DNA from: Dimorphilus gyrociliatus
Lineage: Eukaryota > Animalia > Annelida
Length of the DNA stretch: 64,000 nt
Direction: 5' to 3'
Assembly: GCA_904063045.1 (NCBI GenBank)
Contig: CAJFCJ010000034.1
Span: 1-64,000 of the forward strand
Positions 24,111 to 38,872 of this stretch are shown piece after piece; within the stretch, counting starts at the first letter, position 1, and every line of letters starts with the position of its first letter. Below the pieces are notes generated by a model. That model ran no database searches. It had not been told where the DNA came from and saw only the letters and a program-made list of their open reading frames with translations. The position numbers were made by a program, and so were the translations under genes.

Positions 24111-26277
24111 ATGAAAATACTCTTCGCCCTTTCTCTCGCTACCATTGTTGCATCACTTCCTATTCGTTAGTCTTAATATCTTAAATACATTCCAATACCT
24201 CATCAAAATTTTTTGAATTATAGAACAAAGGACTGTGAAAATTGAAAAATTCAGAAGAGTTAAACGTTCAATCGACGACCATCATGAACTCCACGTTGCT
24301 ATTCCACTCGAAAAAACCTCAATTCAACTCCGTCTCAAGAGAAACACCAACATTAACACAAACATGAAAATTGTATTCCACAATGGAGATGTTGCTGAAG
24401 GTTATTTGGATGGAGTTCATGCTTATCAAGATATCAATACTGGTGCCGCCGTTATGGTCACTGAAAAACTTGTTGATGGAAAAGTCAAAAGATCTATTGA
24501 AGGAAAATTTGAAAATGAAGGTTTCGAAGTATCCATCGCTCCAAAGAAAGACGGTGATGATGATGAACACGTTCTCGATATTCCATCCTTCTCTGATAAA
24601 TCTTTGACTTCCCAACTATCCTCTTTCGAAATTGATCAACTCACACTAAGATCTAAGAGAGCCGTCTCCAAACCTCACTATCACATTGAGGCCGCAAACA
24701 TCATTGATTACACAGTATGGGAATACTTCCTCCAATCAACAGTTACCAATTCCGAAAGCGACGCCGTTTCTGCTATCAGATATCATTACAGTCATATCAT
24801 GAACGGAATTGATCTCGTCTACAGAAGAATCAACGATCCAAGATTCATGATGTCATTGTTTGTTAAGAAAATCATGATTGTAAAGGAAAAACAAAACTGT
24901 CCATTCACTGACGGACCATCTCCCTTGAATATGGCTATGCATAATGGTAGAGAAGTAATCAGTGCCGGCGAATCATTAAATCAAATCTCTCTCTGGATGG
25001 ATAACTCCGCTAACACTGGAGGAGCCGACTGGATGGATTGGGATCACACTTTCGTTTGGACTAAAAAAGACATTTACGGATCGAGTCACAGCACAATTGG
25101 ATTTGCCCCAGTAGCAGGAGTTTGTTCCAGAAGAGGTATCTCAATCAACGAAGATCTCGGCATGGACTCTTGGAAGACAGCTGCTCACGAACTCGGACAC
25201 AATCTTGGCTCTCCTCACGATGGTACTGCACCAAATGATGCTTGTGCCGCCAGTGTTCAAAATGTCATGACTCCCACACTCACTTTCTACACAATCAATC
25301 AATTGAAGAACGCTTTCGTTTTGAGTCAATGCTCAATCAATTCCATCTACAACACAGTTATTGGAAACGGTCAAAATGGATTTAAAAGAGTATGTTTGAT
25401 GAACAGAGTATGTGGACACGACGCATTCAACCAAAACGAAGCCACTGCTGATGAAGTACTTCCAGGAGTCAAATATTCATTGAATGAACAATGTACATTG
25501 AAATTTGGTAATGGAGCCGTTGCTAATGATCCTCTTTGCGCTCCAGGCGAAAAAGACAATATTTGTCACCGTCTCGTCTGTAGAGTGGGAGACTTTTGTA
25601 AATTCGAAGAACCAGGAGCCGAAGATGGATCATCATGTGGAAATGACAAAGTCTGTTTGAAAGGAAGATGTGTTGAATCTTCTCAAGTGAATTCATATAA
25701 AAAAGAAAGTCACAACGCCGAATGTACATCAGGATCAACATTGACAAGAAACGTTCCAAGCGGTTGTACTAATTCGCCAATCAACGTTCCAGTCAACTAT
25801 GGAACCCATACAAGAACATTCACTAGCTGTGGTGAAATTATCGGGGAAATGCCACACTTGTGTTTTAGTCAATTCGACCAGGCATGTTGTAAAGAATGTA
25901 GAAGCAGAGGATTAGTGACCGAAAACGACGCAGCAACAAGTACAAGTTCTCTTTGTGATCCAAACCCATGTAAGAATGGCGGTGTTTGTCGTCAATATGG
26001 AAACTCTGATTACGTATGTGAATGTGCAGTTGGATTTACAGGAAAGACTTGTAATGGATACGAAGCACCAGTTACTGCAGCAGTACCAATTGTAGCTACA
26101 ACCATAACAACAACAGCAGCTTCAGTATGCATTGATTACAGTTATGTGTTTAACTTGAAAAATGCCAATCAAGAGATTGTTGATCAAGTAACTTGTAGTC
26201 AAGGAGCTTCGAAGTACGGATCGGGTTTCTGTAACATGTTAAGAGCATATTGTTGTAACTCCTGCAAAAACTTGTAA
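24111..26277 (+). CDS. M12B metalloprotease P2 (most divergent copy, short Thr linker); exons 24111-24165 and 24224-26277
   Basis: Signal MKILFALSLATIVASLPI, phase-1 intron, intact HELGHNLGSPHD, 680-aa exon-2 ORF, TATA at 24058. Confidence 0.92.
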
Positions 26278-27376
26278 TTTGATTGTTTAAGAAGCGATTG
26301 AATAAATGAATGATTCTGTTAAAGAAACTATCTGTTATTTTGTTATTTATTATCGTTAGAAATTAAATAAGAATGATGGAACAAAAAGACAATATATGGA
26401 AATTACGATAGTGTACATTTATTATTTTGGTGAAAGCAAAAGTTTCTTCTTTTAGTTTTTAAAAGATTAACTTTGAAAAATAGTTTTTCTTACTACCTAA
26501 TGAGGAAGTATTTAATTTTTATAAGACAAACCTACTTTTACTAGACAAGAACAACTTGTGTAGTATAATTATTTTAAAAAAAGTATGGGAGATTTGAAAA
26601 GAGCATTTTTCTATTCTATGCTAAATTACAGTGTTTCTATGTTCCATTTTAAAATTACTGGAATTATAACGAAAAAATGCCAGGAAATTTCGTTCTAGTT
26701 TTCGTTAATATTCTTTTAAAAAAAAGATATTTAACTTTCAAAGAACATAATTATGAATGTTTAATGCCTACTTGATGCTTCATTTAGTACTATTCATTAA
26801 AAACTTTTTCTATTCTCGCTGTCTTCAAAGACTCTATTTTAGCAGGAAATAAAATTTTGAGTTTTTGAAATTTAATGCTCTTTTTTAAATGAATTTTGAA
26901 CCTTCAAATTAGAAATTTTTACAAAAACTGAACCGATTTAACCCTCTAATGCATACGATTTAACGTGGATAAAGTTTAAACCAGGTACAGTTTCACCCTT
27001 ATTCTTATATCACTCAAAATATATAGAAAAACTATTGATCAAGTCTCCTAAAAACTCGGCAATAAATATTAAACAATGAAAAGATAACATAAACATTAAG
27101 TTCAAAGGTCATGGATTAAACCATATTATTATATCTCGGATACATTCTTCAACCACAATTCAGAGAAAATGGTTTTACCCCTAATACTTCTGTGCACAAA
27201 TCGTTAATGACACATTTTAAACCTTTTATCAAAAAATTACGATCTCCAATAAAACTGCAGCTACTCATAAAAACCAACGAAAACAATAAATACTACGTTT
27301 GAAAAGAATTGAACATTTCTCATTAGCCAAAAATTTTAAAATATGATAGTTTTATTCAAATACTTTGAAACCGAAT

Positions 27377-29606
27377 TTATAAATTTTTGCAAGAGTTACA
27401 ACAATATGCTCTTAATATGTTACAGAAAGCCGATCCGTATTTAGACGCTCCTTGACTACAAGTTACTTGATCAACAATTTGTTGGTTTGCATTTCTCAAG
27501 TTGAACAAATAATTGTAATCAATGCATGCTGCAGCTGCTGTTGTTGTTGTTGGTGCTGCGGTTGTTGTCGTTGTTGTTGTTGTTGGTGCGGCGGTTGTTG
27601 TCGTTGTAGCTACTGTTGGGGCAGATGTAACTGGGGCTTCGTCTCCATTACAATTCTTTCCTGTAAATCCAACTGCACATTCGCATACGTAATCAGAGTT
27701 TCCGTATTGACGACAAACACCGCCATTCTTACATGGGTTTGGATCACAAAGAGAACTTGTACTTGTTGCCGCATCGTTTTCATTGATCAATCCTTTGCTT
27801 CTACATTCTCTACAACATGACTGGTCGAATTGACCGAAACACAAGTGTGGCATTTCCCCGATAATTTCACCACAACTAGTGAATGTTCTTGTATGGGTTC
27901 CGTAATTGACTGGAACGTTGATTGGCGAATTAGTACAACCGCTTGGAACGTTTCTTGTCAATGTTGATCCTGATGTACATTCGGCGTTGTGACTTTCTTT
28001 GCTGTACAAATTGACTTGAGAAGATTCGACACATCGTCCCTTCAAACAGACTTTGTCATTTCCACATGATGATCCATCTTCGGCTCCTGGTTCTTCGAAT
28101 TTACAAAAGTTTCCCACTCTACAGACGAGACGGTGACAAATATCATCTTTTTCGCTTTGAGCGCAACCAACATCGTTAGCAACGGCTCCATTACCAAATC
28201 TCAATGTACATTGTTCATTCAATGAATATTTGACTCCTGGAAGTACTTCATCAGCAGTGGCTTCGTTTTGGTTGAATGCGTCGTGTCCACATACTCTGTT
28301 CATCAAACATACTCTTTTAAATCCATTTTGACCGTTTCCAATAACTGTGTTGTAGATGGAATTGATTGAGCATTGACTCAAAACGAAAGCGTTCTTCAAT
28401 TGATTGATTGTGTAGAAAGTGAGTGTGGGAGTCATGACATTTTGAACACTGGCGGCACAAGCATCATTTGGTGCAGTACCATCGTGAGGAGAGCCAAGAT
28501 TGTGTCCGAGTTCGTGAGCAGCTGTCTTCCAAGAGTCCATGCCGAGATCTTCGTTGATTGAGATACCTCTTCTGGAACAAACTCCTGCTACTGGGGCAAA
28601 TCCAATTGTGCTGTGACTCGATCCGTAAATGTCTTTTTTAGTCCAAACGAAAGTGTGATCCCAATCCATCCAGTCGGCTCCTCCAGTGTTGGCGGAGTTA
28701 TCCATCCAGAGAGAGATTTGATTTAATGATTCGCCCGCACTGATTACTTCTCTACCATTATGCATAGCCATATTCAAGGGAGATGGTCCGTCAGTGAATG
28801 GACAGTTTTGTTTTTCCTTTACAATCATGATTTTCTTAACAAACAATGACATCATGAATCTTGGATCGTTGATTCTTCTGTAGACGAGATCAATTCCGTT
28901 CATGATATGACTGTAATGATATCTGATAGCAGAAACGGCGTCGCTTTCGGAATTGGTAACTGTTGATTGGAGGAAGTATTCCCATACTGTGTAATCAATG
29001 ATGTTTGCGGCCTCAATGTGATAGTGAGGTTTGGAGACGGCTCTCTTAGATCTTTGTGAAAGTTGATCAATTTCGAAAGAAGATAGTTGGGAAGTCAAGG
29101 ATTTATCAGAGAAGGATGGAATATCGAGAACGTGTTCATCATCATCACCGTCTTTCTTTGGAGCGATGGATACTTCGAAACCTTCATTTTCAAACTTTCC
29201 TTCAATAGATCTTTTGACTTTTCCATCAACAAGTTTTTCAGTGACCATAACGGCGGCACCAGTATTGATATCTTGATAAGCATGAACTCCATCCAAATAA
29301 CCTTCAGCAACATCTCCATTGTGGAATACAATTTTCATGTTTGTGTTGATGTTGGTGTTTCTTTTGAGACGGAGTTGGATTGAGCTTTTCTCGAGAGGAA
29401 TAGCAACATGGAATTCATGATGGTCGTCGAGTGAACGTCTAACTCTTCTGAATTCTTGAATTTTCACAGTCCTTTTTTCTGAAAAGTGAAAAACGAACGT
29501 TTGAAGAATATTTCATTAAAATGTTATAGTTTGAAAATTTTTAAAACTAACGAATAGGAACTGCAGCAACAACGCCAATGAGGCAAAGAACTAGGAAGAT
29601 TTTCAT
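27377..29606 (-). CDS. M12B metalloprotease P3
   Basis: Signal exon MKIFLVLCLIGVVAAVPI with ATG at 29606, GT-AG intron, 696-aa exon-2 ORF near-identical to P1. Confidence 0.93.
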
Positions 29607-30519
29607 GTTGAGAGAAACAGTCGCTTCTTATGTTATGAGAGTTTGGGGTGCTTTTTATACTTTGTGAAGATTTAATTAAGTTTTGTTAAAGAGCAGCTGA
29701 GCATATATTATCATGGCTTTCTATTAATTTTATTGATATTCCTATATAAGAGGAAATAACAGAAATTAATTTTAGATTGTTGAAAATAGGATGAAGTGTT
29801 TTTTGAGTAAATATGGCCAATGTTTTTTTGTTAGTCAGATATTTTGTGCGCAAAGAATAGATGATTTGAATAATGGAATTGTTCATATTAGCAGATAAAT
29901 TCTGTAATTTTGTAGTATTATTTTAATTGTTGTGTGAAGCTAAATGCGGATTTGAAAATGTTAAATCACTTTCTGCATTCAAGAAATGCATAATATTCTT
30001 TTTTGAGCCTTTTGCAGGTTTTTAAAACTATATTATCTATTCAATAATTGAAATAAAGTGTATCGTCAATACAAAACAGACCTACAAACGAGATAATTGA
30101 TGAAGGCAGTTAGAGATTCCGGAAAATGAGATAACGTGGAGAATGGTAGAAATAAGAGAAAAGGCAAGGAAAGTGTGTAAAAGAGATGATCTGAAGGAAG
30201 ATTTGAGAACTTGAGTGAAAAATTTGAGACGTAAGAGTAGCTTTTAATGTCAATATATCAATTGCATCTGCTTTTCTGTTAGAGAAATTGAAATAGTATT
30301 GAAATTTCAAAAAACGAATTGTCTTTCTGTTAAGATGATAGTAAAATTATTCAAACTCTTTGTCTAAACTCAACTATGAATCGTTTATTAATTAATAAAT
30401 TTTACTATAGATATCATTCTTGTTGAAAAACTACCTGGCGTTCAATGATGACGTGTAACATAACAAAACATTAGATACTTTTACATTGACGATATTAAAT
30501 GATTGTTACATTCAAAAAT

Positions 30520-31000
30520 CTCTTAAAAATGCGACTCTTTGGATTTTTATACTTTCGTTTGTCTCTTTTTTATAATTGTACTCCACTTGAGCTTTTGTTT
30601 GCAAAATTCCTTTATTTCCTTCCTATTTAGAGCTGATTTTCAGCAAGGCTATTCTTCCAATTCTTCACATTCAACTAGTATTTGCATAACACATGTTTTT
30701 TAGATACGAAAGCAATATTTGAATAGTCACCGAGCCTTTTTTGAACACGTGTTTTGTTGTTCACGTTGGATTAAACCTGCACTTTTCTTATAATGTCTGC
30801 AATTTCATTCTACTATCTTCTAGGGTGTGGTCTTGTATACCATAACCCTTAATTAAAGGGTCATTGCAAAATAGTGTTCAAATTACTTAATAGCTTATGA
30901 AATATTTCAGAGCATTAGCATATTTTGGCCATCAAAACATTCACATTTTTAGCTGTTTTTACCGCTGTAACAATCAATTATTATCGTGGCAGTCTTTTGT
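30520..31000 (-). mobile_element. Highly degenerate non-LTR (LINE) C-terminal remnant
   Basis: Stop-ridden translation (PRR..EIADIIRK...KRLG...C..*..C VMQILVECEELEE) resembles the C-terminal CCHC region of I/R1/Jockey-type ORF2. Recognised by eye only. Confidence 0.35.
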
Positions 31001-31806
31001 TTTATGTATTCAAAGATGCCAGTCAGTAATTTTGTCAACATTATTTTTCCATTAGCATCTTAATCAAATAACCCTTTGATCTAATCGCTTGACATATACC
31101 TTTTTGAACAACCTATCAACTAGTTGAATTTTTTACCAACATAATATACAGTATATAAATTTATAGTGTATGCATTTTCTTAATTAACACAATGCTTTAT
31201 CAAGAAAAACGCCTAAGCAAATGAAGCATATGACCATCTTTAGCAACGAGCAAAACACTACTTAAGAAGAAAGGGCGCGCCAATAAAAAATCAATTTGTA
31301 CAGCCGAATTGGTAAAAACAGACCAAGTGTTAACAAGGTGCACCATCAGCATTTATTAAATTCAACTCAATCAGGCTCTCTCTTTTGTTTCTCATCTTTA
31401 AAAGTCAAAAATACCTTAAAACTTTCAAAAAAGAGTTATGTCTAAAAATATCTCCATTCAATTAGTGTCTTATAAAGTTTGGACTGAAGTATTTCTCAAA
31501 GAGAACAAAGGCTACAACTTACAAATTCATTAATAAAAGTTCGTGCAACGCACCTTTTACTCGATTTAAATTCATTTCAAGAACTGTAGTTTCAATGCGC
31601 ATATTTGCATTTCTCCAGCTTTTACAACAAGACCTAATGCCATATTTTATTTAACGCTATCTATGGAGACTTCACTTAATTCGAAATACTGATAATTAGT
31701 AATCTTGCATACTCGATTATTTAAAACACATACAAAATTGATATTTATATTGCATTTTAGTTTCCAGATGGCATGCTTTTATTAAAATAATTCAAAAACT
31801 TTCAAA

Positions 31807-34036
31807 TTACAAATTTTTACAAGAACTGCAACAATATGCTCTTAACATGTTACAGAAAGCCGATCCGTATTTAGACGCTCCTTGACTACAAGTTACTTGA
31901 TCAACAATTTGTTGGTTTGCATTTCTCAAGTTGAACAAATAATTGTAATCAATGCATGCTGCAGCTGCTGTTGTTGTTGTTGGTGCTGCGGTTGTTGTCG
32001 TTGTTGTTGTTGTTGGTGCGGCGGTTGTTGTCGTTGTAGCTACTGTTGGGGCAGATGTAACTGGGGCTTCGTCTCCATTACAATTCTTTCCTGTAAATCC
32101 AACTGCACATTCGCATACGTAATCAGAGTTTCCGTATTGACGACAAACACCGCCATTCTTACATGGGTTTGGATCACAAAGAGAACTTGTACTTGTTGCC
32201 GCATCGTTTTCATTGATCAATCCTTTGCTTCTACATTCTCTACAACATGACTGGTCGAATTGACCGAAACACAAGTGTGGCATTTCCCCGATAATTTCAC
32301 CACAACTAGTGAATGTTCTTGTATGGGTTCCGTAATTGACTGGAACGTTGATTGGCGAATTAGTACAACCGCTTGGAACGTTTCTTGTCAATGTTGATCC
32401 TGATGTACATTCGGCGTTGTGACTTTCTTTGCTGTACAAATTGACTTGAGAAGATTCGACACATCGTCCCTTCAAACAGACTTTGTCATTTCCACATGAT
32501 GATCCATCTTCGGCTCCTGGTTCTTCGAATTTACAAAAGTTTCCCACTCTACAGACGAGACGGTGACAAATATCATCTTTTTCGCTTTGAGCGCAACCAA
32601 CATCGTTAGCAACGGCTCCATTACCAAATCTCAATGTACATTGTTCATTCAATGAATATTTGACTCCTGGAAGTACTTCATCAGCAGTGGCTTCGTTTTG
32701 GTTGAATGCGTCGTGTCCACATACTCTGTTCATCAAACATACTCTTTTAAATCCATTTTGACCGTTTCCAATAACTGTGTTGTAGATGGAATTGATTGAG
32801 CATTGACTCAAAACGAAAGCGTTCTTCAATTGATTGATTGTGTAGAAAGTGAGTGTGGGAGTCATGACATTTTGAACACTGGCGGCACAAGCATCATTTG
32901 GTGCCGTACCATCGTGAGGAGAGCCAAGATTGTGTCCGAGTTCGTGAGCAGCTGTCTTCCAAGAGTCCATGCCGAGATCTTCGTTGATTGAAATACCTCT
33001 TCTGGAACAAACTCCTGCTACTGGGGCAAATCCAATAGTACTGTGACTTGATCCGTAAATGTCTTTTTTAGTCCAAACGAAAGTGTGATCCCAATCCATC
33101 CAGTCGGCTCCTCCAGTGTTGGCGGAGTTATCCATCCAGAGAGAGATTTGATTCAATGATTCGCCGGCACTGATTACTTCTCTACCATTATGCATAGCCA
33201 TATTCAAAGGAGATGGTCCATCAGTGAATGGACAGTTTTGTTTTTCCTTTACAATCATGATTTTCTTGACAAACAATGACATCATGAATCTTGGATCGTT
33301 GATTCTTCTGTAGACGAGATCAATTCCGTTCATGATATGACTGTAATGATATCTGATAGCAGAAACGGCGTCGCTTTCGGAATTGGTAACTGTTGATTGG
33401 AGGAAGTATTCCCATACTGTGTAATCAATGATGTTTGCGGCCTCAATGTGATAGTGAGGTTTGGAGACGGCTCTCTTAGTTCTTTGTGAAAGTTGATCAA
33501 TTTCGAAAGAAGATAGTTGGGAAGTCAAAGATTTATCAGAGAAGGATGGAATATCGAGAACGTGTTCATCATCATCACCGTCTTTCTTTGGAGCGATGGA
33601 TACTTCGAAACCTTCATTTTCAAACTTTCCTTCAATAGATCTTTTGACTTTTCCATCAACAAGTTTTTCAGTGACCATAACGGCGGCACCAGTATTGATA
33701 TCTTGATAAGCATGAACTCCATCCAAATAACCTTCAGCAACATCTCCATTGTGGAATACAATTTTCATGTTTGTGTTGATGTTGGTGTTTCTTTTGAGAC
33801 GGAGTTGGATTGAGCTTTTCTCGAGAGGAATAGCAACATGGAATTCATGATGGTCGTCGAGTGAACGTCTAACTCTTCTGAATTCTTGAATTTTCACAGT
33901 CCGTTGTTCTGAAAAGTGAAAAACGAACGTTTGAAGAATATTTCATTAAAATGTTATAGTTTGAAAATTTGTAAAACTAACGAATGGGAACTGCAGCAAT
34001 AAAGCCAATGAGACAAAGAGCTAGTAAGAGTTTCAT
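31807..34036 (-). CDS. M12B metalloprotease P4 (inverted duplicate of the P1 block)
   Basis: 696-aa exon-2 ORF; signal exon and intron identical to P1; coordinates map to P1 with a constant sum of 42640. Confidence 0.93.
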
Positions 34037-34389
34037 GGTTGGAGAAACTGTTGCTTCTTGTTTCAATAGCAGTATTTGGGGTTTTTATACTGCTTTTTTT
34101 TTAATATAATATTTTAAATGATCAGCTGAGTAAACTTAGTGTTTAATTTTTCAATTAAAATCTGAACATTTTACAGAAATTGCATTTTCTTATTGTTAAT
34201 AGGTTTTTTTATTAAAATGGATTTCGGTCTGTTGTTTTTGATGTTTGTAAAGAAATATTAGAAATATTTTTGCTCTCTGGGAATCGATTTTCTTTCTGTT
34301 GATTTATTCTTATTATATGGTTTCCTAATGTGTTTTCGTCAACGATTCATTTTAATAATTGTTTACAAACAGTTAGATGAATAGTATGT

Positions 34390-37300
34390 GCGACAAGACG
34401 TCATCTCATAGTTACGTAATCACGTGTATCCACACGTGATAATTATTAACTTTGGTCAATAGAATACAGCAACCGTTTGATATGGTTACCGACAGTAAAT
34501 ATAGATAGTTCATAATCGTAGAAGTCCGATCTTGAACAGTATCAAATGTAAGCAAGGATATTCTAAGCGAATATATGAGAATCCAATTAAGAAATTGTTC
34601 TGCAGTTCTTTTTTCTTTTCTTTTTTTTGGAACGTTCGAAAGAAAAGTATTGAACATTCTTTTTTTCTCAATTGGACAATTCAACCTCCTCTCCTGGAAT
34701 AAGTCTAAGTGATATTAAGTGAGTGTAAGAAATTAACATGATGAAACCTGAAAGAAGGTAAACTATGAAAAGGAAGAGTGGAGAAATACCAGAGAAGGAA
34801 GTTCTCTGTTCTCTTAGAATGTCATTAGGACATATTGGGAATAGTTTGGAGAGAGGAAGGGTGACACAAGATATACTCAACAGATTCGAAAATGCCTTGG
34901 ATAAAATAGATGAACTTCTGAGAACTAAAGAAGTTCTTACAGTCCAAGTGAAGGTATTAGACCTTCAAAGAAGAGCCAAATTGATACCTCTGCAAAATAA
35001 AAGGAAGGCCAGTGGGACTAAGAAATCTCCTAACAGCCCTGACAAAACAGTAGAGAGGGCACCATGGGAAGAACATTGTACAAGATCACAGTATAAAAGC
35101 ACCCCAACAGTAAGAGAACCAATAGGTACCCAACATCCCAATAGTGGACCAATGGATTCCTTCGAAATTCAATTGAAAGAAGGCATTAGAAATGGCACCG
35201 CCACCTTGGAAATGGAGGAATCAAGTCTTGAGGAACTAAGCGAAGAGGCGTCCGAAAGGGAATCACAAGAGGCAATATACAACAACTACTCTGAGACTCA
35301 ATGCACCCAAAATTCAGTACTAACTGAAGCTCAGTTGAGGGAGGTAGAGTTCGCCACACATTGTCAGACCAAAAGGCAGCTAGAGGCACTTAAGAACGAA
35401 CTACAGGCAATGTTCCACAAAAAGCTAGATGATCTAAAGGCTCTGATGAAATGTGACCAGAATTCCCAAATGTCTAAAGAATATAAGGAGTGGCTAGAAA
35501 GAATGGCTTTAAGAATGGATGAAATGTCAGACAGAGCAAGTCCTACAGCTACAGTGGGCGTAGTGGATATATCACCTCTGGGAGAGTTGTCTGAATATAT
35601 TTATGACGGACACAATATGCCACTACAGCAATTTGTGTTGAGAACACAGGCAGTCCTAGAAGCCTACCCGCATGCAACTGATAGGGTTAAGTACCATTAC
35701 CTTCTATAGGTCACAAAGGGACTACAGCACAAGTACGTCCTGACCTATGAGTACGCAAAAAATCCCTTTCAGGACATATGGAAGGTGTGGAAGAGTGGAA
35801 TCGGAAAGGATGGACCAACCATCAATGACACCATAGAAAAGATAAAATTAGGCTTCAGTCAGACTTTGGAAGAAGGAATGGTGGTATCATTGGCCATCTT
35901 ACAGATATATCTAATGGTAGAACAATTGGAGAACAGAGCTACTTCAGAAGAGGTATCCTTCCTTTGTTCAGCTATTTTATCTCTGCTGCCAAAGGGCTAC
36001 GCAGCAGGTTTCTTGAAAAGTTCAGCTTGGAAGTTAATGAGTCCTTTCAATCAGCACTGCTTCGAGAGGAACTGCTGAAATTTATAAACTCAACATGTAA
36101 GAATGAAGAGGCAATGACATGTACAAGAAAGATGACGCTCATAAGAAATTCAAGCCAGCAGCAATAGCAACTCACAGGAAGAACAATTGTCCAGCTTGCA
36201 AATGCCAGCATGACATCAGAAACTGTGAGTTTTTTAGGGACTGTTCCTATGGCAGCAAAAAGGGGATCTTACGGGAGAACAAACTCTGCTTCAAATGTTT
36301 CGGAGCAGGACATCTGGTTACAGCTTGTCAGTCTGGTGTCAGATGCAACAAGTGTAGAGGAGAACACAATACCTTAATGCATGTTCCAAAAGAGGACCTT
36401 ATATCAGGATCTGGGAATGGGCACAATACTCCTAGGGTTAAGCCCAAATACAAAAAAGTGAGCAGAGTAACTGCTACAAACTCTCCAACTATTTCACAAT
36501 TGCCTCTGACAGTCTTCGAAGTAAAGAATCAGAGGATATCAGCATTAATGGATGCAGGCTCACAGATCTCAATGGTGTCAAGAGAGTGTGCCACAAGACT
36601 TAAGCTGGATAAAGTTGGAGAAGTAGGCTTGCAACTAAGAACACTCCTCGCAGAGAAAAGGTTCACAGCAGATGTAATAGTAATTCCTCTACCAAATGGG
36701 CTGGGTCTGATAGGAGGCAGTTGTTAGAGATAAACTCATAGAGGTCTATCAAGAAGAAGAGAACATAGAGATAGAATGGGAAGGGAAGACTACCCTTATA
36801 AGAATCCCAGAAGTAATGGGAGATTTAGATTTGATAATAGGAGTAGACAAGCAAGATCTACACCTGCAGCAAGGCAATATGTCCCTCGATAACAGGAGAA
36901 TAGTAAAGTATCCATTAGGTTGGGTCTGTATTGGTAGAAAAACGCAGGATCCATTAAGCCTACTTACTCAAGTGGAGCTGGGAGCCAATGTCTGCATCAC
37001 TACGCAATCAGTTGAGCAACAGGAATCTCTAGTGGAGGATGATGAAATCAAAGCTAGAGATACCTATGAAGGAGAAAAGCTCAGCATAAACAATGTTAAA
37101 GCACTGGAGCAATTCAAAAATGAATTTGACATCCAAGAGCTAAAGGCTGCCATTCCTTTCAAAAGGAATGTCAGAGATCTGAGGCTGAACTGTTCGCTAG
37201 CAGAGTGTAGGTTGAGGAGTCTCTTAGTGAGATTTAAGAGAGATCTGGTATATGAGAGAGAATATGACTGGTTACTGTTCTCCGAGATAATAAGGGACAA

Positions 37301-38662
37301 TGGTGATTGGGATACCGAGCTATCCAGCGAACAGCAGACAATACTACAAAGACTCTGGAAGTCCACTCAAGGATCAATAAGAGCCAGTAGATATGTTGGA
37401 GGTAACAAGCTGAAGATGGTTTGCAACGCCTCCTTAAAAGCACATTGTGCGACCGCTTATCTAGGGAAGGTAAAAAGATGACTCTGTTAACTGCCAAGGC
37501 TAGAATCAATGAAAAGAATGTCAATTCTATGCCAAAGGCAGAGCTACAAGCAGCAGTATTGGCAGTGAGGCTGTACAAAAAATTGAACTTGAAGGGAGTA
37601 GAAGTTAGTTTTCATATCAATAATAATGCAGTCTTCAGACAGATACAAAATGCTGATGCTAAGCTGGATGCATTCACAAGAAACAGAATAAGATACATTA
37701 CCAGTAACTCGAATCCTTCTTCTTGGAAAAGGATTGAAGGCAAGTCAAATCCAGCTGATCTCGGTACCAGAAGGAGGAAGCATTCAGACAAACAATGGTT
37801 GACGCCTGTTATATCAGGTATGACTCAGTGCGTATCTCTGGGGAACATCTTTAGACCATTTTCCCATGACTGGGAAAAGATGGTGCGAATAGCACAACTT
37901 ATAGTGAAGTGGGTACACCGGGACATGCCAGTATACCAACAAAGAAGACTAGCAATAGCCTACCTGTTGAGGGACGAGCAAAGGAGTAACTCAGGCAAGA
38001 AGCTCCAGGAGCTGGAGCCATTTAAGGACTCCTACAGAGTTATCCGAATAAATGGAAGGTTGAGAAATGCTCACGGGATGCCATATGATGCATGGCACCC
38101 CATCCTGATAACAAGAATGACAGGCTTGTTTAGAGCCATAGTCTTCACAGCTCACAATTAAGCAGCACATCAGGGTGTACAAAAGACCAGGGCATGGATC
38201 AGAAAGCAATTCTGGTTACACAAAGGCACAGCCCAGATAAAGACCATAGTTGAAACATGCCCCTACTGCATACGATATAAGACAAACAGGACTTACAGTA
38301 TTCAGCAAGCTCCTCTACCAGATGTGCGCATTGAGAAGCCACTGCGACCCTTTAGAAATGTAGGAGTAGATCACGCGGGACCATATTACACTGATGAAGG
38401 TGAACAAAGATTTGTTCTACTCATAGCCTCCTACCAAATGAGGGCAGTACACTTGGAGATCTGTACATCAACATCCTTTGGACACACAAAGGAGGCATGG
38501 ACTAGGTTTATGGCAAGACGAGGTCACCCAGAGAATGTACACTCAGATGGAGCTGGAGCATTTAGGAGATTGTCTGAGGAAATGGAGAGAGCAGGAATCT
38601 GCTGGAAACTAATACCAGCTAATTCTCCTCATAGAGGAGGATTATGGGAATCTTTAGCAAAA
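34390..38662 (+). mobile_element. BEL/Pao copy B (inverted twin of A; RT deleted; 3'-truncated within integrase)
   Basis: Partial LTR 34390-34538, gag with the same TAG (35709) and frameshift as A, RT deletion junction at ~37268, integrase VGVDHAGP...HSDG...RGGLWESL ending abruptly at 38662. Confidence 0.9.
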
Positions 38663-38872
38663 TAAGTTTGTTTTTGTAATATACTGTATTGTTCATTTTT
38701 CTGTTGATAATATCTTTCTTTAATAAATAAAAATTGTTTTTTCATCTTAAGAATGTCAACTTTAATAAGTTTAATCAAAAATTTTTATAATGTGTATGAA
38801 TATTTAAATTTAAACTGTAGACAAAGTTGGATAATATATCATTTGGTTCTTCGTGTCTTCTTTATTTTGAAC

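Noticed and set aside
30110-30310. Purine-rich stretch and short ORFs between P3 and P4 (also 31200-31560)
   Set aside because: No recognisable motif, splice structure or repeat partner in the window.
34360-34390. TGTTTACAAAC as the true start of an internally deleted 5' LTR with a TSD
   Set aside because: Only a partial match to TGTTTGAGAAC, and the candidate flanks (ATAAT vs GAAAT) do not form a TSD.
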